From: Zestosphaera tikiterensis
GTDB lineage: Archaea; Thermoproteota; Thermoprotei_A; Sulfolobales; NBVN01
Direction of reading: 5' to 3'
Assembly: GCA_003056265.1 (NCBI GenBank)
Contig: NBVN01000007.1
Location: 16,381 to 48,380 of the forward strand
Length of the DNA: 32,000 nt
Made by a program: the position numbers and the translations under genes. This document shows positions 1-7,961 of the stretch, piece after piece. The notes beneath the pieces are model-generated. The model was not told the DNA's origin, made no database searches, and saw only the letters and a list, made by a program, of their open reading frames with translations. Position 1 is the first letter of the stretch; each line of letters opens with the position of its first letter.

Positions 1-131
1 AGTTTCTGAAGGGTGTGCCATACAGTTTTCTCATTAAGACCAGTAGCTTTAGCTATGTCAGCAGCTCTCCCCCTACCTTTTTGCGAGAGATAGTGAAGGA
101 CTTCAACCTCTGTTGGAGTTCTAGCCGACAT
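1..131 (-). CDS. winged-helix (MarR/ArsR/TrmB-like) transcription regulator, N-terminal part only; the rest lies beyond the window start
   Basis: Not in the supplied track because it is truncated. The reverse-strand ATG at 131..129 reads MSARTPTEVEVLHYLSQKGRGRAADIAKATGLNEKTVWHTLQK and stays open to position 1. The pattern is typical of a wHTH recognition region. Confidence 0.5.
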   Translation of the reverse strand, partial: MSARTPTEVEVLHYLSQKGRGRAADIAKATGLNEKTVWHTLQK

Positions 132-176
132 TACTTGCCACCAGCATATTGTATTTTTCTATGGAAGTTAATAAGC

Positions 177-196
177 TTTTGAAGAATTCTTCAAAA
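177..196. promoter_or_regulatory. perfect 20-bp palindrome TTTTGAAGAATTCTTCAAAA, candidate operator upstream of the truncated wHTH gene
   Basis: The sequence equals its own reverse complement. It lies 46 nt upstream of the minus-strand ATG at 131, in the gap between two minus-strand genes. Confidence 0.45.
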
Positions 197-252
197 TCAG
201 AAATACTTGCTATAGAATACTTTAATTGATGTTTACTATTTGCCAGTCATTT

Positions 253-1428
253 TTATAGTATGGTTTGAACTTCTCTATGCTTAAACCTATTCGATTCAAA
301 TCTAATCGTTTTTCCTATGGCGCAGATTAGGGATCGTATCTTTTCTCTTAATTGGTAAACTTCATCTACTTTATCTTTAAGGACGGATATGTTTTTGTTG
401 TCTATGGCTTCCTTCTTTAGGTTTTCTACTCTTTCGATGACTTCAAGATAGTTTGGATCTACTCTACGCGTGTTTATGAATTCCTTCTTAAACGCTTCTT
501 TAACGCTCATACCTAAACGCTTCTCCAACTCCTCGACGCTCATTTCCTTAGGTAGATCATGCAAGGCTTTCAAAGCACGGGCAATAGCCTCCAGCATGAT
601 CACATAAGTTCGTTTTAGAGCATCTATTGCTTTAAGAAGCTCTAAAGCGGCAGATAAGTCAAGCATTTCAGAAACGAACTCATCCGCTTTATTTATCCAT
701 TCATCAACAAGAGTTCCTGGAACTTCCGTTACTTCTCCATGTTCTACCTTCTTTCTAAACTTTATAATGTCTTCGAGCCATTTAACATACTCTAACTTAA
801 GCAGACCTGCGTCGACGAGCTTTTCCTTCACCTTTACGGGCAATTTACTAGGCGGGGACGGTTCTTGATCTAAGAGCATTAACACGGCTTGAGCTGAGTT
901 GGTCATAGCTTTATAGCAGTTTTCCGCTACTATGAGAACCTTAGATGCTTTAGCTTCAAGCAACTTTCTAGGAACTTCCTCCAGATATTTTTCCGCAGCC
1001 TCCTTAGTCCTAGGTATTTTTCCACTCTTTAAGAGTATCTTCCAAGGCGTAAAGAAGCCTACATCGTATAGGGGTATCCCATCCTTGATAAAAGTGTATA
1101 CTATTGGATGTCCATTACTCGCATATTCCGTGAATTCTGTTAAACTCCATAAATGTATGGAAAGCCTTCTCGAAACGTTACGGGCTATATTATTTAAAAT
1201 ATCTTCTATTTTATCCATATTTATTTTAATTTCCTCTTCTTCTATATGAATAGTATCATCTATTATGACGAGGATATCTATGTCGCTGGATTCATTTAGT
1301 TCGTTTCGAGCAGCAGAACCAACTAACACAATAGACTTAATGAGTTTATTGATGTTTGCGTCACTAAGAACCTTTTTAACAAACAAGCTAACTATTTCCC
1401 CAACTTTAGACGCTAATTCCATAGTCAA
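253..1428 (-). CDS. Pol-beta-superfamily nucleotidyltransferase domain protein with a helical HEPN-like middle region and a coiled-coil C-terminus
   Basis: 391-aa ORF. The N-terminal motif VLVGSAARNELNESSDIDILVIIDD matches the minimal NTase signature GS-x(9-10)-DxD. The downstream helical segment (AENCYKAMTNSAQAVLMLL) is HEPN-like, but no Rx4-6H motif was verified. Confidence 0.8.
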   Translation of the reverse strand: MTMELASKVGEIVSLFVKKVLSDANINKLIKSIVLVGSAARNELNESSDIDILVIIDDTIHIEEEEIKINMDKIEDILNNIARNVSRRLSIHLWSLTEFTEYASNGHPIVYTFIKDGIPLYDVGFFTPWKILLKSGKIPRTKEAAEKYLEEVPRKLLEAKASKVLIVAENCYKAMTNSAQAVLMLLDQEPSPPSKLPVKVKEKLVDAGLLKLEYVKWLEDIIKFRKKVEHGEVTEVPGTLVDEWINKADEFVSEMLDLSAALELLKAIDALKRTYVIMLEAIARALKALHDLPKEMSVEELEKRLGMSVKEAFKKEFINTRRVDPNYLEVIERVENLKKEAIDNKNISVLKDKVDEVYQLREKIRSLICAIGKTIRFESNRFKHREVQTIL

Positions 1429-1622
1429 GGCTCTCTCACCCTCTTATGAAGCCATTTATCTCCGGTTCTACCTATAGGCCATGGAAAATCTTCGCCGTAT
1501 ACATGCACCATGAATTCGTTCCCCTTCAGACTGACATGTTCCTCTTGATCACTTCGAGATATATGTAAGGGTGTATACCAGTCAGACTGTTTCTTAAAGT
1601 TGAATTTCTCCTTCCACGACAT
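1425..1622 (-). CDS. hypothetical 65-aa protein, translationally coupled to the nucleotidyltransferase gene
   Basis: Its stop overlaps the downstream ATG by 4 nt (1425..1428). A TATA-like TTTATATA on the minus strand sits about 35 nt upstream of its ATG. No motif recognised. Confidence 0.5.
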   Translation of the reverse strand: MSWKEKFNFKKQSDWYTPLHISRSDQEEHVSLKGNEFMVHVYGEDFPWPIGRTGDKWLHKRVREP

Positions 1623-1676
1623 ATTTCCACCATTTATATATTTACTAAGAGGGTATATAAACTTTTAGGAGATAAG

Positions 1677-1719
1677 TTCTAATAGTAGATATGTTCACTG
1701 AACATATCTACTATTAGAA
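1677..1719. repeat. 43-bp palindrome with perfect 21-bp arms around one central base
   Basis: TTCTAATAGTAGATATGTTCA-C-TGAACATATCTACTATTAGAA, verified base by base. It lies just upstream of the TATA box of the 1622 operon. Confidence 0.9.
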
Positions 1720-2255
1720 TATTCCACTAAACAAACAGAAAACTCCATCCATGATATTTTGAAGAGATTATGTTCTGATAACTTAAATGCTAACGCCCTA
1801 TGCTTCTAGTGATAAGTTTAAATTAGGGGTAGTAAAGAAATAATTGTAGGGTCAAATGAATAAAGACAAATTAGAGACTCTGCTAACCGCAATGAAAGAA
1901 CTGAAAGAACATTTGGAGAGATCTCGATAACAGAATCTACCCTGTTTGTGGCAAACTGATATATGCTACAGTTTGATACGATGGTCAGAACCAATAATAA
2001 TAATTTTTATGATATTTCATTGAAAGACCTAGAGTAAAACATTGCAGAGAGAAGCGGTTAAAAGAGACTGAAAGAGAGAAAGAAATAAGTAAATGGGAAA
2101 AGCTGTTATATACTAGATGTTGTTAAAGGTTAGAAAGTCTTTAACTTAGAAGACTTCCTAGCCCATAAGAGAGGTAGGGTCCTAAAGGATCCCCTCCTTA
2201 TCTGATTACGTGACCCCACCATCACTACTAAGCCCAAAACGGTCTCTGGTGCTAC

Positions 2256-2930
2256 TTAACTAGTCTTTAGATTGTTCTTACCTAGCTTTAGCCCGTATTT
2301 CATCGCTGCCTCGTTTACTTTCTTTACGAACCTGGGGTAGCTTATCCTGTAGTTTTCGGCTCTCGCCATTCTCCATAAGTCTTTCTTGCTTAGGTATGGG
2401 TATTTACGGATTAGCTTAACGACGAATTCCTCGGGGATCGACGGTGGTCTGCCGACGTGCTTCCCTTCCTTCCTAGCTCTTTCCATCCCCGCTTTGATTT
2501 TCTCCTTCAATGCCTCAACGTATTTTTGGTAGCCGTACGCTAAAGCCCTCACAACTATGTCGAACATTAACTTCCTCAACGCTTCGTCAGGTATTGCCGT
2601 CAGCGACTGAAGCCACTCCTCTTGATAAGTTATTACGTTCACGCCCCTCTCCCTTAAGCCGTCGAGTGTTTTAACTAGGTAGTCATACCTTCTTGAGATC
2701 CTGTCAAGCGAAAAAACGAGTATAGCGGCACCCTCCTTAGAAGCTAACTCAACCGCCTTAACCCACCCAACCCTCTCCTCAGGCTTCGTTTCATACCCGC
2801 TAACACCCGGATCCTCAAACACTCCAACAACCTCAACACCCCTCGACTCGGCGAACCTCCTTAAAGCAAGAACTTGATTCTCAACCTTCTGATCCTCCGT
2901 CGACACCCTAGCGTAGATCACGGCCTTCAA
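2256..2930 (-). CDS. small serine recombinase (resolvase/invertase architecture: N-terminal catalytic domain plus C-terminal HTH)
   Basis: 224 aa. The N-terminus KAVIYARVSTEDQ carries the catalytic-serine motif, and LDRISRR is the conserved resolvase arginine cluster. The basic C-terminus is HTH-like (LSKKDLWRMARAENYRISYPRFVKKV). The start is TTG at 2930 or GTG at 2921, with a TTTAAATA TATA box about 40 nt upstream on the minus strand. Confidence 0.9.
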   Translation of the reverse strand: MKAVIYARVSTEDQKVENQVLALRRFAESRGVEVVGVFEDPGVSGYETKPEERVGWVKAVELASKEGAAILVFSLDRISRRYDYLVKTLDGLRERGVNVITYQEEWLQSLTAIPDEALRKLMFDIVVRALAYGYQKYVEALKEKIKAGMERARKEGKHVGRPPSIPEEFVVKLIRKYPYLSKKDLWRMARAENYRISYPRFVKKVNEAAMKYGLKLGKNNLKTS

Positions 2931-3050
2931 TTCTTCATCCCCGTAATCAAAATACTTAATACCCTTATTTAAACGTTTTGTTTATGAAAACACCCCTTAA
3001 GAAACAGTTGCGAAACCACCCCCTTCCGTTAACAAACCCTATAAAGAGGT

Positions 3051-3106
3051 AATGAGACAAACCTTCACCGTATATGCTAGTTATTATATGTTAGGAAAAT
3101 CTAAAA
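3051..3106 (+). repeat. partial copy (S) of the repeat field found at 23331..23411
   Basis: An ungapped hand alignment of 3051..3100 with 23331..23380 gives 34/50 identities. Shared runs include AATGA-ACAAA, ATGCTAGTT and TTATAT, followed by GAAAATCTA. Confidence 0.5.
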
Positions 3107-3132
3107 TTGCGTTTTTCTAGTGTTTAGGGTCT

Positions 3133-3294
3133 TTAGTTTTTAAAGCTGGTTCGTCGGTAGATCCCTCTTTCAGTTCTTTCTATATACTCTAAATCTTTCT
3201 TTAAGTTCTTAAGTTCTTCCTTCAATTCGACAAAGTGAAGAGTTCTAAGGGTTGTGGTGGAATGCCAACACTTATAAACTTTGTCATTAAGCAT
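3133..3294 (-). CDS. possible 53-aa coiled-coil ORF (below the track size cutoff)
   Basis: ATG at 3294..3292 and stop at 3135..3133. It reads MLNDKVYKCWHSTTTLRTLHFVELKEELKNLKKDLEYIERTERGIYRRTSFKN. There is no homology evidence, so it may be spurious. Confidence 0.2.
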   Translation of the reverse strand: MLNDKVYKCWHSTTTLRTLHFVELKEELKNLKKDLEYIERTERGIYRRTSFKN

Positions 3295-3511
3295 CAAATA
3301 CGTTGAAGCCCCTGATAGTACGTTTTTTAAACTTAATAGAGAGCAACCTCCCGGACATCCTTAGGGAAGATGGTAAGCTAAAATCGCCTAAGTCCATAGT
3401 AGAGAAACTTCATAAGCTATTGAAACAGGATTGATACGTACGTTACTAGGGATTCTTAGAAAGATGACTTACGTTGAAGAAAGACCTTTAATTTCTTTCT
3501 AGTGAACGAAG

Positions 3512-5425
3512 TTACTTATGGATTACAGTTAACGTTGGGGTTTTCTCAGGTTCAGCAAGTCTAGTGATTATGACGTACTTACCGTATTTACTAAGTTCAG
3601 AGACAACTTTGTCGAATCTCCTAGGGTCGAAAGCTACTAAAGCTTCATCCGCTATAATGGGTGCCACACCTTGATATTCCTCAATGATCTTTAACCTATA
3701 GCCTACGAGTACGGCTATCAACGCTAGAGCTGTTCTCTCGCTAGTGCTTAAAACCTCAATCGGTTGTTCGTATTCTCTACCACTTGGGAATTTTCTAATA
3801 ACTCTAATATCAAATACTCGCTTAAGCATACCAGTAGTGGGGTCTTTCTCCTCCCTTTTATATAGCCTCACACCTTTAATCCAAGTGAAGCCCAGTTCTT
3901 TAATGACTTCAGAAGCTATTCTAGAGAACTCATCGCTTATACGTGATAGTGTTTCATATAATTCCTTCTCAACGTTTTCAAGTTCTTTACTTGTCTTTTC
4001 GATCTTCTCCCTTACTTCAGTTAATTTCCTACCAGCTTCACTTCTTTTAGCGATTTTTTCTTCTAAATCTCTTATGTGTTGCTCTACTTCACCAAGCCTT
4101 CTCTCTAGCTCAGCTCTTCTGTCAGCAGCAACGCGTTCTTCTTCTGTAAGTTGCTTTCTTAATTCTTCCAACTCTTTTTCAATTAACCCCCTCTCGTTTT
4201 TAAGCCTTGCTACCTCATCTTTATAATGTTCAAACGCTCTCTCAAGCTCTTCAATCCTCCTCTTAAGAGATGGTAGCTTAACATCCACGATTTCTCTAAC
4301 TTCGTTGTATTTCTTCTGTAGACTCTCTAACTCCTTCCATAATTCCTTAAGCTTTTCATTTGCGTTAGCTATCCTAACCTCATAATCTTTTACTATAGAC
4401 TCCTTACTCTTCATAACCTCGTCTTCTACTTCCACCTCACGTCTAGACCAGAACTCTTCAGGGTTTTCAATAGGTTTACCGCATACTGGACACGCAGATG
4501 CTTTTGTAGCTTTAGCTAGGTGTACAACTGGGATTCTAGCGTCTTGACCAACGAGATACTCTCTACGTTCGTTCTCCAGCTTCTTTATAAGGCTGTCAGT
4601 CCTGTCTATTTCTCCTTTAATCTTTGCTAACTCTTCCTCAGGATTCTCGTGAATGGCGTAAAACTCTCTAACCATAGTTTCATACCTCTCTAGATCCGCA
4701 CGTGCGTCATCTATAGCTTTCGCAGTAGTTGCTATGATGCCCTCAGGTTTCTCTAGGTCTTCTATTCTCTTACTGACTTCACCAAGTCTTCTATTGAGGG
4801 TGGCTATCCTATCTTGTAAACCTCTTACTCTTTCAATAGATATAGCCCTCAGCTTCTTAAGCTCTTCCTCTAAATCCTTCTTTAACTCCTCATATTTCTG
4901 TCTTTCCTCACTTACCTTCTTAAGTTCTTCAACATCCTTAAGGAGGAGGTTCTCCTCAGATTTTAGCTTATCTAACTCCTCCCTTAAGCTTTCCCTCATC
5001 TTTTCATACTCATCAAGCCTGAAGACCTTAACTAAGTAGTCAGTAATATCGGCGTTTGCTTGAGTTACAACCCTTCTGGCAACCTCCCCTAAGTAAGGAT
5101 CTAATATGACATACTTCAACCTATCGCTAACGATAACAGGCTTAGATTCAACCTCTAAAACCCTACCGTTTACTCTCTTAAACCTCCTAATGAATTCCCT
5201 ACTGTCAATAACTATCTTTATATATCCCTCATCAGCATCGATGTTTAGAAGCTGTTCAAGAGGGATAGTGTTGGGTGCGTACATCGCTAGTATAGCTTTA
5301 ACAAGGGAGGTTTTACCAGCAGCATTCGGTGCTACAACTTCGTTTAACCCTTCACTAAACTCAAACTTATGTTTGCCTATAAGACCTCCTACATTTTCAA
5401 CTTCGACCACTATCATGGGCACCAC
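3512..5425 (-). CDS. Rad50/SMC-like ABC ATPase with long coiled coil and central CxxC hook-like motif
   Basis: 637 aa. Walker A is APNAAGKTS (aa 32-40). About 400 aa are E/K/L-rich heptad sequence, with CPVCGKP at aa 312-318, exactly mid-protein. The C-terminal signature-like LSTSERTALAL and Walker B IIADEAL are present. No Mre11, kleisin or nuclease gene lies adjacent. Confidence 0.85.
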   Translation of the reverse strand: MVPMIVVEVENVGGLIGKHKFEFSEGLNEVVAPNAAGKTSLVKAILAMYAPNTIPLEQLLNIDADEGYIKIVIDSREFIRRFKRVNGRVLEVESKPVIVSDRLKYVILDPYLGEVARRVVTQANADITDYLVKVFRLDEYEKMRESLREELDKLKSEENLLLKDVEELKKVSEERQKYEELKKDLEEELKKLRAISIERVRGLQDRIATLNRRLGEVSKRIEDLEKPEGIIATTAKAIDDARADLERYETMVREFYAIHENPEEELAKIKGEIDRTDSLIKKLENERREYLVGQDARIPVVHLAKATKASACPVCGKPIENPEEFWSRREVEVEDEVMKSKESIVKDYEVRIANANEKLKELWKELESLQKKYNEVREIVDVKLPSLKRRIEELERAFEHYKDEVARLKNERGLIEKELEELRKQLTEEERVAADRRAELERRLGEVEQHIRDLEEKIAKRSEAGRKLTEVREKIEKTSKELENVEKELYETLSRISDEFSRIASEVIKELGFTWIKGVRLYKREEKDPTTGMLKRVFDIRVIRKFPSGREYEQPIEVLSTSERTALALIAVLVGYRLKIIEEYQGVAPIIADEALVAFDPRRFDKVVSELSKYGKYVIITRLAEPEKTPTLTVIHK

Positions 5426-5778
5426 CTGTTAAGCACGTGTTCGGTTATACCGAGCTTTTTAAGAGTTTCAACTTCGCTAGAGCTAAGACCCTTTGAAAGC
5501 CATCTTTCAGCAGCTCTCCTGATCTCCTTAGGTATCCAGTCTTCGTCAATATACCTAGCATACATCAGAGACGTCTGCAGACCCCTCTCCTTGGCTTTGA
5601 GATATGCTTGGTAAACGAAAGTAACTGAGTAACCATCGTCGAGACTGAGTAAGTATACAATATCGCCTCTCTTTAATACATCTACATGAATGGGATGCTT
5701 TTGCTTTATCTTGTTTAGCTTTGTCACAGTATTCCTATACAAGTTCAAATCTGGATCTTCAACCTTTAATATCAGCAC
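5413..5778 (-). CDS. hypothetical 121-aa protein with a C-terminal HTH-like segment, coupled to the SMC-like ATPase
   Basis: GTG start. Its stop overlaps the SMC-like gene start by 13 nt. The C-terminus LSSSEVETLKKLGITEHVLNRW resembles a short HTH. Confidence 0.6.
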   Translation of the reverse strand: MLILKVEDPDLNLYRNTVTKLNKIKQKHPIHVDVLKRGDIVYLLSLDDGYSVTFVYQAYLKAKERGLQTSLMYARYIDEDWIPKEIRRAAERWLSKGLSSSEVETLKKLGITEHVLNRWCP

Positions 5779-5842
5779 GTGTTATTTCACCAATAAATGG
5801 TAATGGTTTCAGAAGTATTTAAGCATTAATACAGAAATATTA

Positions 5843-5880
5843 AATAAAATCATTAATATAATAATATTAATGATTTTATT
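5843..5880. repeat. A/T-only palindrome with 17-bp arms and a 4-nt centre
   Basis: AATAAAATCATTAATAT-AATA-ATATTAATGATTTTATT, verified. It lies in the 129-nt gap between the AAA ATPase stop and the 121-aa ORF start. Confidence 0.9.
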
Positions 5881-5907
5881 AATACAAAAATATTAGAGCT
5901 TTAGAGT

Positions 5908-6666
5908 TCATATTACTTCGAGTCTCTCCAGCTTCTCTATGTAGTGCCTTATCACTATTCTCTCCACTTCTCTTGCGGATCTCGGCAACGGATTCATTGA
6001 CGTTATCTCCTCCTTAACTCTGTTGTAGGGTACTCCGAGTTCTCTGCACCTCTTCTCTGCTATTGCTAAAGCCGTATCTATGTCGAGGGGTTTGAACTCT
6101 ATCGGGTAGAGTCTGTCTATTAGTGCTTTATCAACTAACTCGTACCAGTTGGTTGTTGCTATGACTCCTATTCTAGAGGTGTCTAGCTCGTCAAGCATGT
6201 GGAAGAAGACGTTGTCTTGGGCTATATGCCAAGACTCTATGCCTTCTCTCCCGCGTGACATGAATATTGACTCTACGTCGTCGAAGAGTATTATGGTATA
6301 CCCCATAAGTTTTTTCGATTCTTCAAAAATCTCAACGATCCTTATCTCAGATTCGCCATATAGCGGTCTAGCTATGTCGGATGCGTCTACGAGGATAAGG
6401 TATACGTCCTTAAACTTTTTACCTAATTCCCTAGCGACTGCGTAAGCAAGGCTGGTTTTCCCTGTTCCAGGCTCTCCATAGAGTAGGAAACCTTTAATAC
6501 CTCTTTTAACTCCCTCTCTAAACTGATAGTAGAATGTCTTGAAGATTAGGTTGAATATCCTCTTATATTCCTCACCTACAAACCTACTGACGTCATAATC
6601 TTCAGGAACTCCAACAGCCTTAATTACCTTTAAAGGTTTGCTAAGTTCTTTAGCTCTTCTACTCAT
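5908..6666 (-). CDS. classical-clade AAA ATPase, single bare AAA module
   Basis: 252 aa. Walker A is GEPGTGKTS and Walker B is IILFDDVE. GESEIRIVEIFEE matches the GESE..vR.lF motif of FtsH/Cdc48/Vps4-type AAA proteins, and sensor-1 is VIATTN. There is no N-terminal substrate domain. Confidence 0.9.
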   Translation of the reverse strand: MSRRAKELSKPLKVIKAVGVPEDYDVSRFVGEEYKRIFNLIFKTFYYQFREGVKRGIKGFLLYGEPGTGKTSLAYAVARELGKKFKDVYLILVDASDIARPLYGESEIRIVEIFEESKKLMGYTIILFDDVESIFMSRGREGIESWHIAQDNVFFHMLDELDTSRIGVIATTNWYELVDKALIDRLYPIEFKPLDIDTALAIAEKRCRELGVPYNRVKEEITSMNPLPRSAREVERIVIRHYIEKLERLEVI

Positions 6667-7123
6667 AGGTTAATCTCCTTTTTCTAGATTCGTTTTCTAG
6701 GATATGCTTAATCATTATGTACGTGTCTTTAGAAATTTCATATTCTTCGCAATATCCAGCAACTACTCCACCCATAATTGACCCGCTCTCTACATCAAAA
6801 CGATCTTTTATGAATTTAAGCACCAGTTCATTTCTTTTTCTGCCTTCTGAATATTCTGAAGACGTAGAAGGTGAGGAGTACTTCTCTTCTATCGCATCTA
6901 TAGGTATAGATTCCTTATGTTCATAAACGTGTATGTACCCGTGATTGTAGCCCGGATCGAACACGACGTAGTACTTTCTATCTTTACTTACGTAGAATAA
7001 GTAAAGACGACGGAAGTGCTCTCCCCACTTAGTGTTTTCACAGATGTTTACTTTAATACCCTCTATAGATCCTTTCGTATCTCTCCCTAACTCTCCTAAC
7101 ATACCTTTTAACACCTTCTTCAT
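6659..7123 (-). CDS. hypothetical 154-aa protein
   Basis: Its stop overlaps the AAA gene start by 8 nt. No motif recognised. The start may be the second Met at 7102. Confidence 0.6.
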   Translation of the reverse strand: MKKVLKGMLGELGRDTKGSIEGIKVNICENTKWGEHFRRLYLFYVSKDRKYYVVFDPGYNHGYIHVYEHKESIPIDAIEEKYSSPSTSSEYSEGRKRNELVLKFIKDRFDVESGSIMGGVVAGYCEEYEISKDTYIMIKHILENESRKRRLTYE

Positions 7124-7961
7124 GCATTCTACACCATAGAATGTTTAACCTATATCCGTTTGAAGTAACTTGCTCAATGATGTCGTTACTTACCATAAAT
7201 TCAAACGCTTCAGTTCTAACGCTTCTCCACCACTCAATCGGCGGTCTTTTCTTATTTTCATCACTAAGGAAGTAGTTATCTACGTAGTTCACTCTAGCTA
7301 CCTCCAACACATCCCTGATTCTCATTGAATGCGATTCAAGACCTGATAAAGTGTATATCATTGGAAGCTTGATAAACCAAGGTATCACGGGTTTCTCGCC
7401 GAGAGTTCTATGTAGTTTAACTGCTGTGCTCATTATGTAGACACCTATTAACCCGCTTATGACACTTAGCATTTCTTTAAATTGTCTAGGGTCGATGAGC
7501 GTTACTAGGTGTTGAGCTACGGGACCTACAAGTTGGAAGAATTCATCGTTTATTCTATACACATATCGAGGATCGTCACTACTAACCAAGATTTTATAAT
7601 AAGGTAGCGGCTTCAGATAATCCAGCAATCTATCTGTCGGTATCTGAAAAGCATAGCTCCATTCTTCAAGTATGTCCTTAGATATGTACAGTTTTGTCAA
7701 GTCTTTACTATAGTACGCTTCACCACAACGGTCAACAACAGACCATAGAATCTTAAGAGGTTTCTGCCTGAAGAAGCGGTACCTGAGCAAGACGTCTCTA
7801 AACCTAGAAGCTAAAGCATATGCTTCACTAGGGCTAGAAAGTACGCGAGTTTCCTTCTTTGATGTTTGTGCGTTTAACTCATCAAGTATTGCAAGTATAG
7901 TCTCCTCTGTAAGGGGTTTGTAGTTTTTCAATGCCCAAACATTTACTGTTGGTTGAGCCAA
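7053..7961 (-). CDS. hypothetical 302-aa protein with an Arg-rich C-terminal tail
   Basis: Long ORF in an operon. It overlaps the upstream gene by 19 nt and the downstream ORF by 50-71 nt. No motif recognised. Confidence 0.7.
   Translation of the reverse strand: MAQPTVNVWALKNYKPLTEETILAILDELNAQTSKKETRVLSSPSEAYALASRFRDVLLRYRFFRQKPLKILWSVVDRCGEAYYSKDLTKLYISKDILEEWSYAFQIPTDRLLDYLKPLPYYKILVSSDDPRYVYRINDEFFQLVGPVAQHLVTLIDPRQFKEMLSVISGLIGVYIMSTAVKLHRTLGEKPVIPWFIKLPMIYTLSGLESHSMRIRDVLEVARVNYVDNYFLSDENKKRPPIEWWRSVRTEAFEFMVSNDIIEQVTSNGYRLNILWCRMHEEGVKRYVRRVRERYERIYRGY

Noticed and set aside
932-1477. Plus-strand ORFs 932..1249 and 1265..1477
   Set aside because: They lie entirely antisense to the well-supported nucleotidyltransferase gene and have low-complexity S/L-rich sequences.
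1856-1975. Short frames MNKDKLETLLTAMKELKEHLERSR and RIYPVCGKLIYATV suggesting a broken small zinc-ribbon gene
   Set aside because: Each fragment is under 25 aa and no start/stop structure or homology can be asserted.
3744-5432. Plus-strand ORFs 3744..4226, 4734..5039 and 5106..5432 inside the SMC-like gene
   Set aside because: They are Ser/Leu/Phe-rich low-complexity products. This is the mirror image of the Glu/Lys/Leu codons of the coiled coil on the other strand, so they are antisense artefacts.
5369-6926. Plus-strand ORFs 5369..5614, 6149..6445 and 6717..6926
   Set aside because: They are antisense to the motif-supported AAA ATPase and its operon partners, and they have no motifs or promoters.
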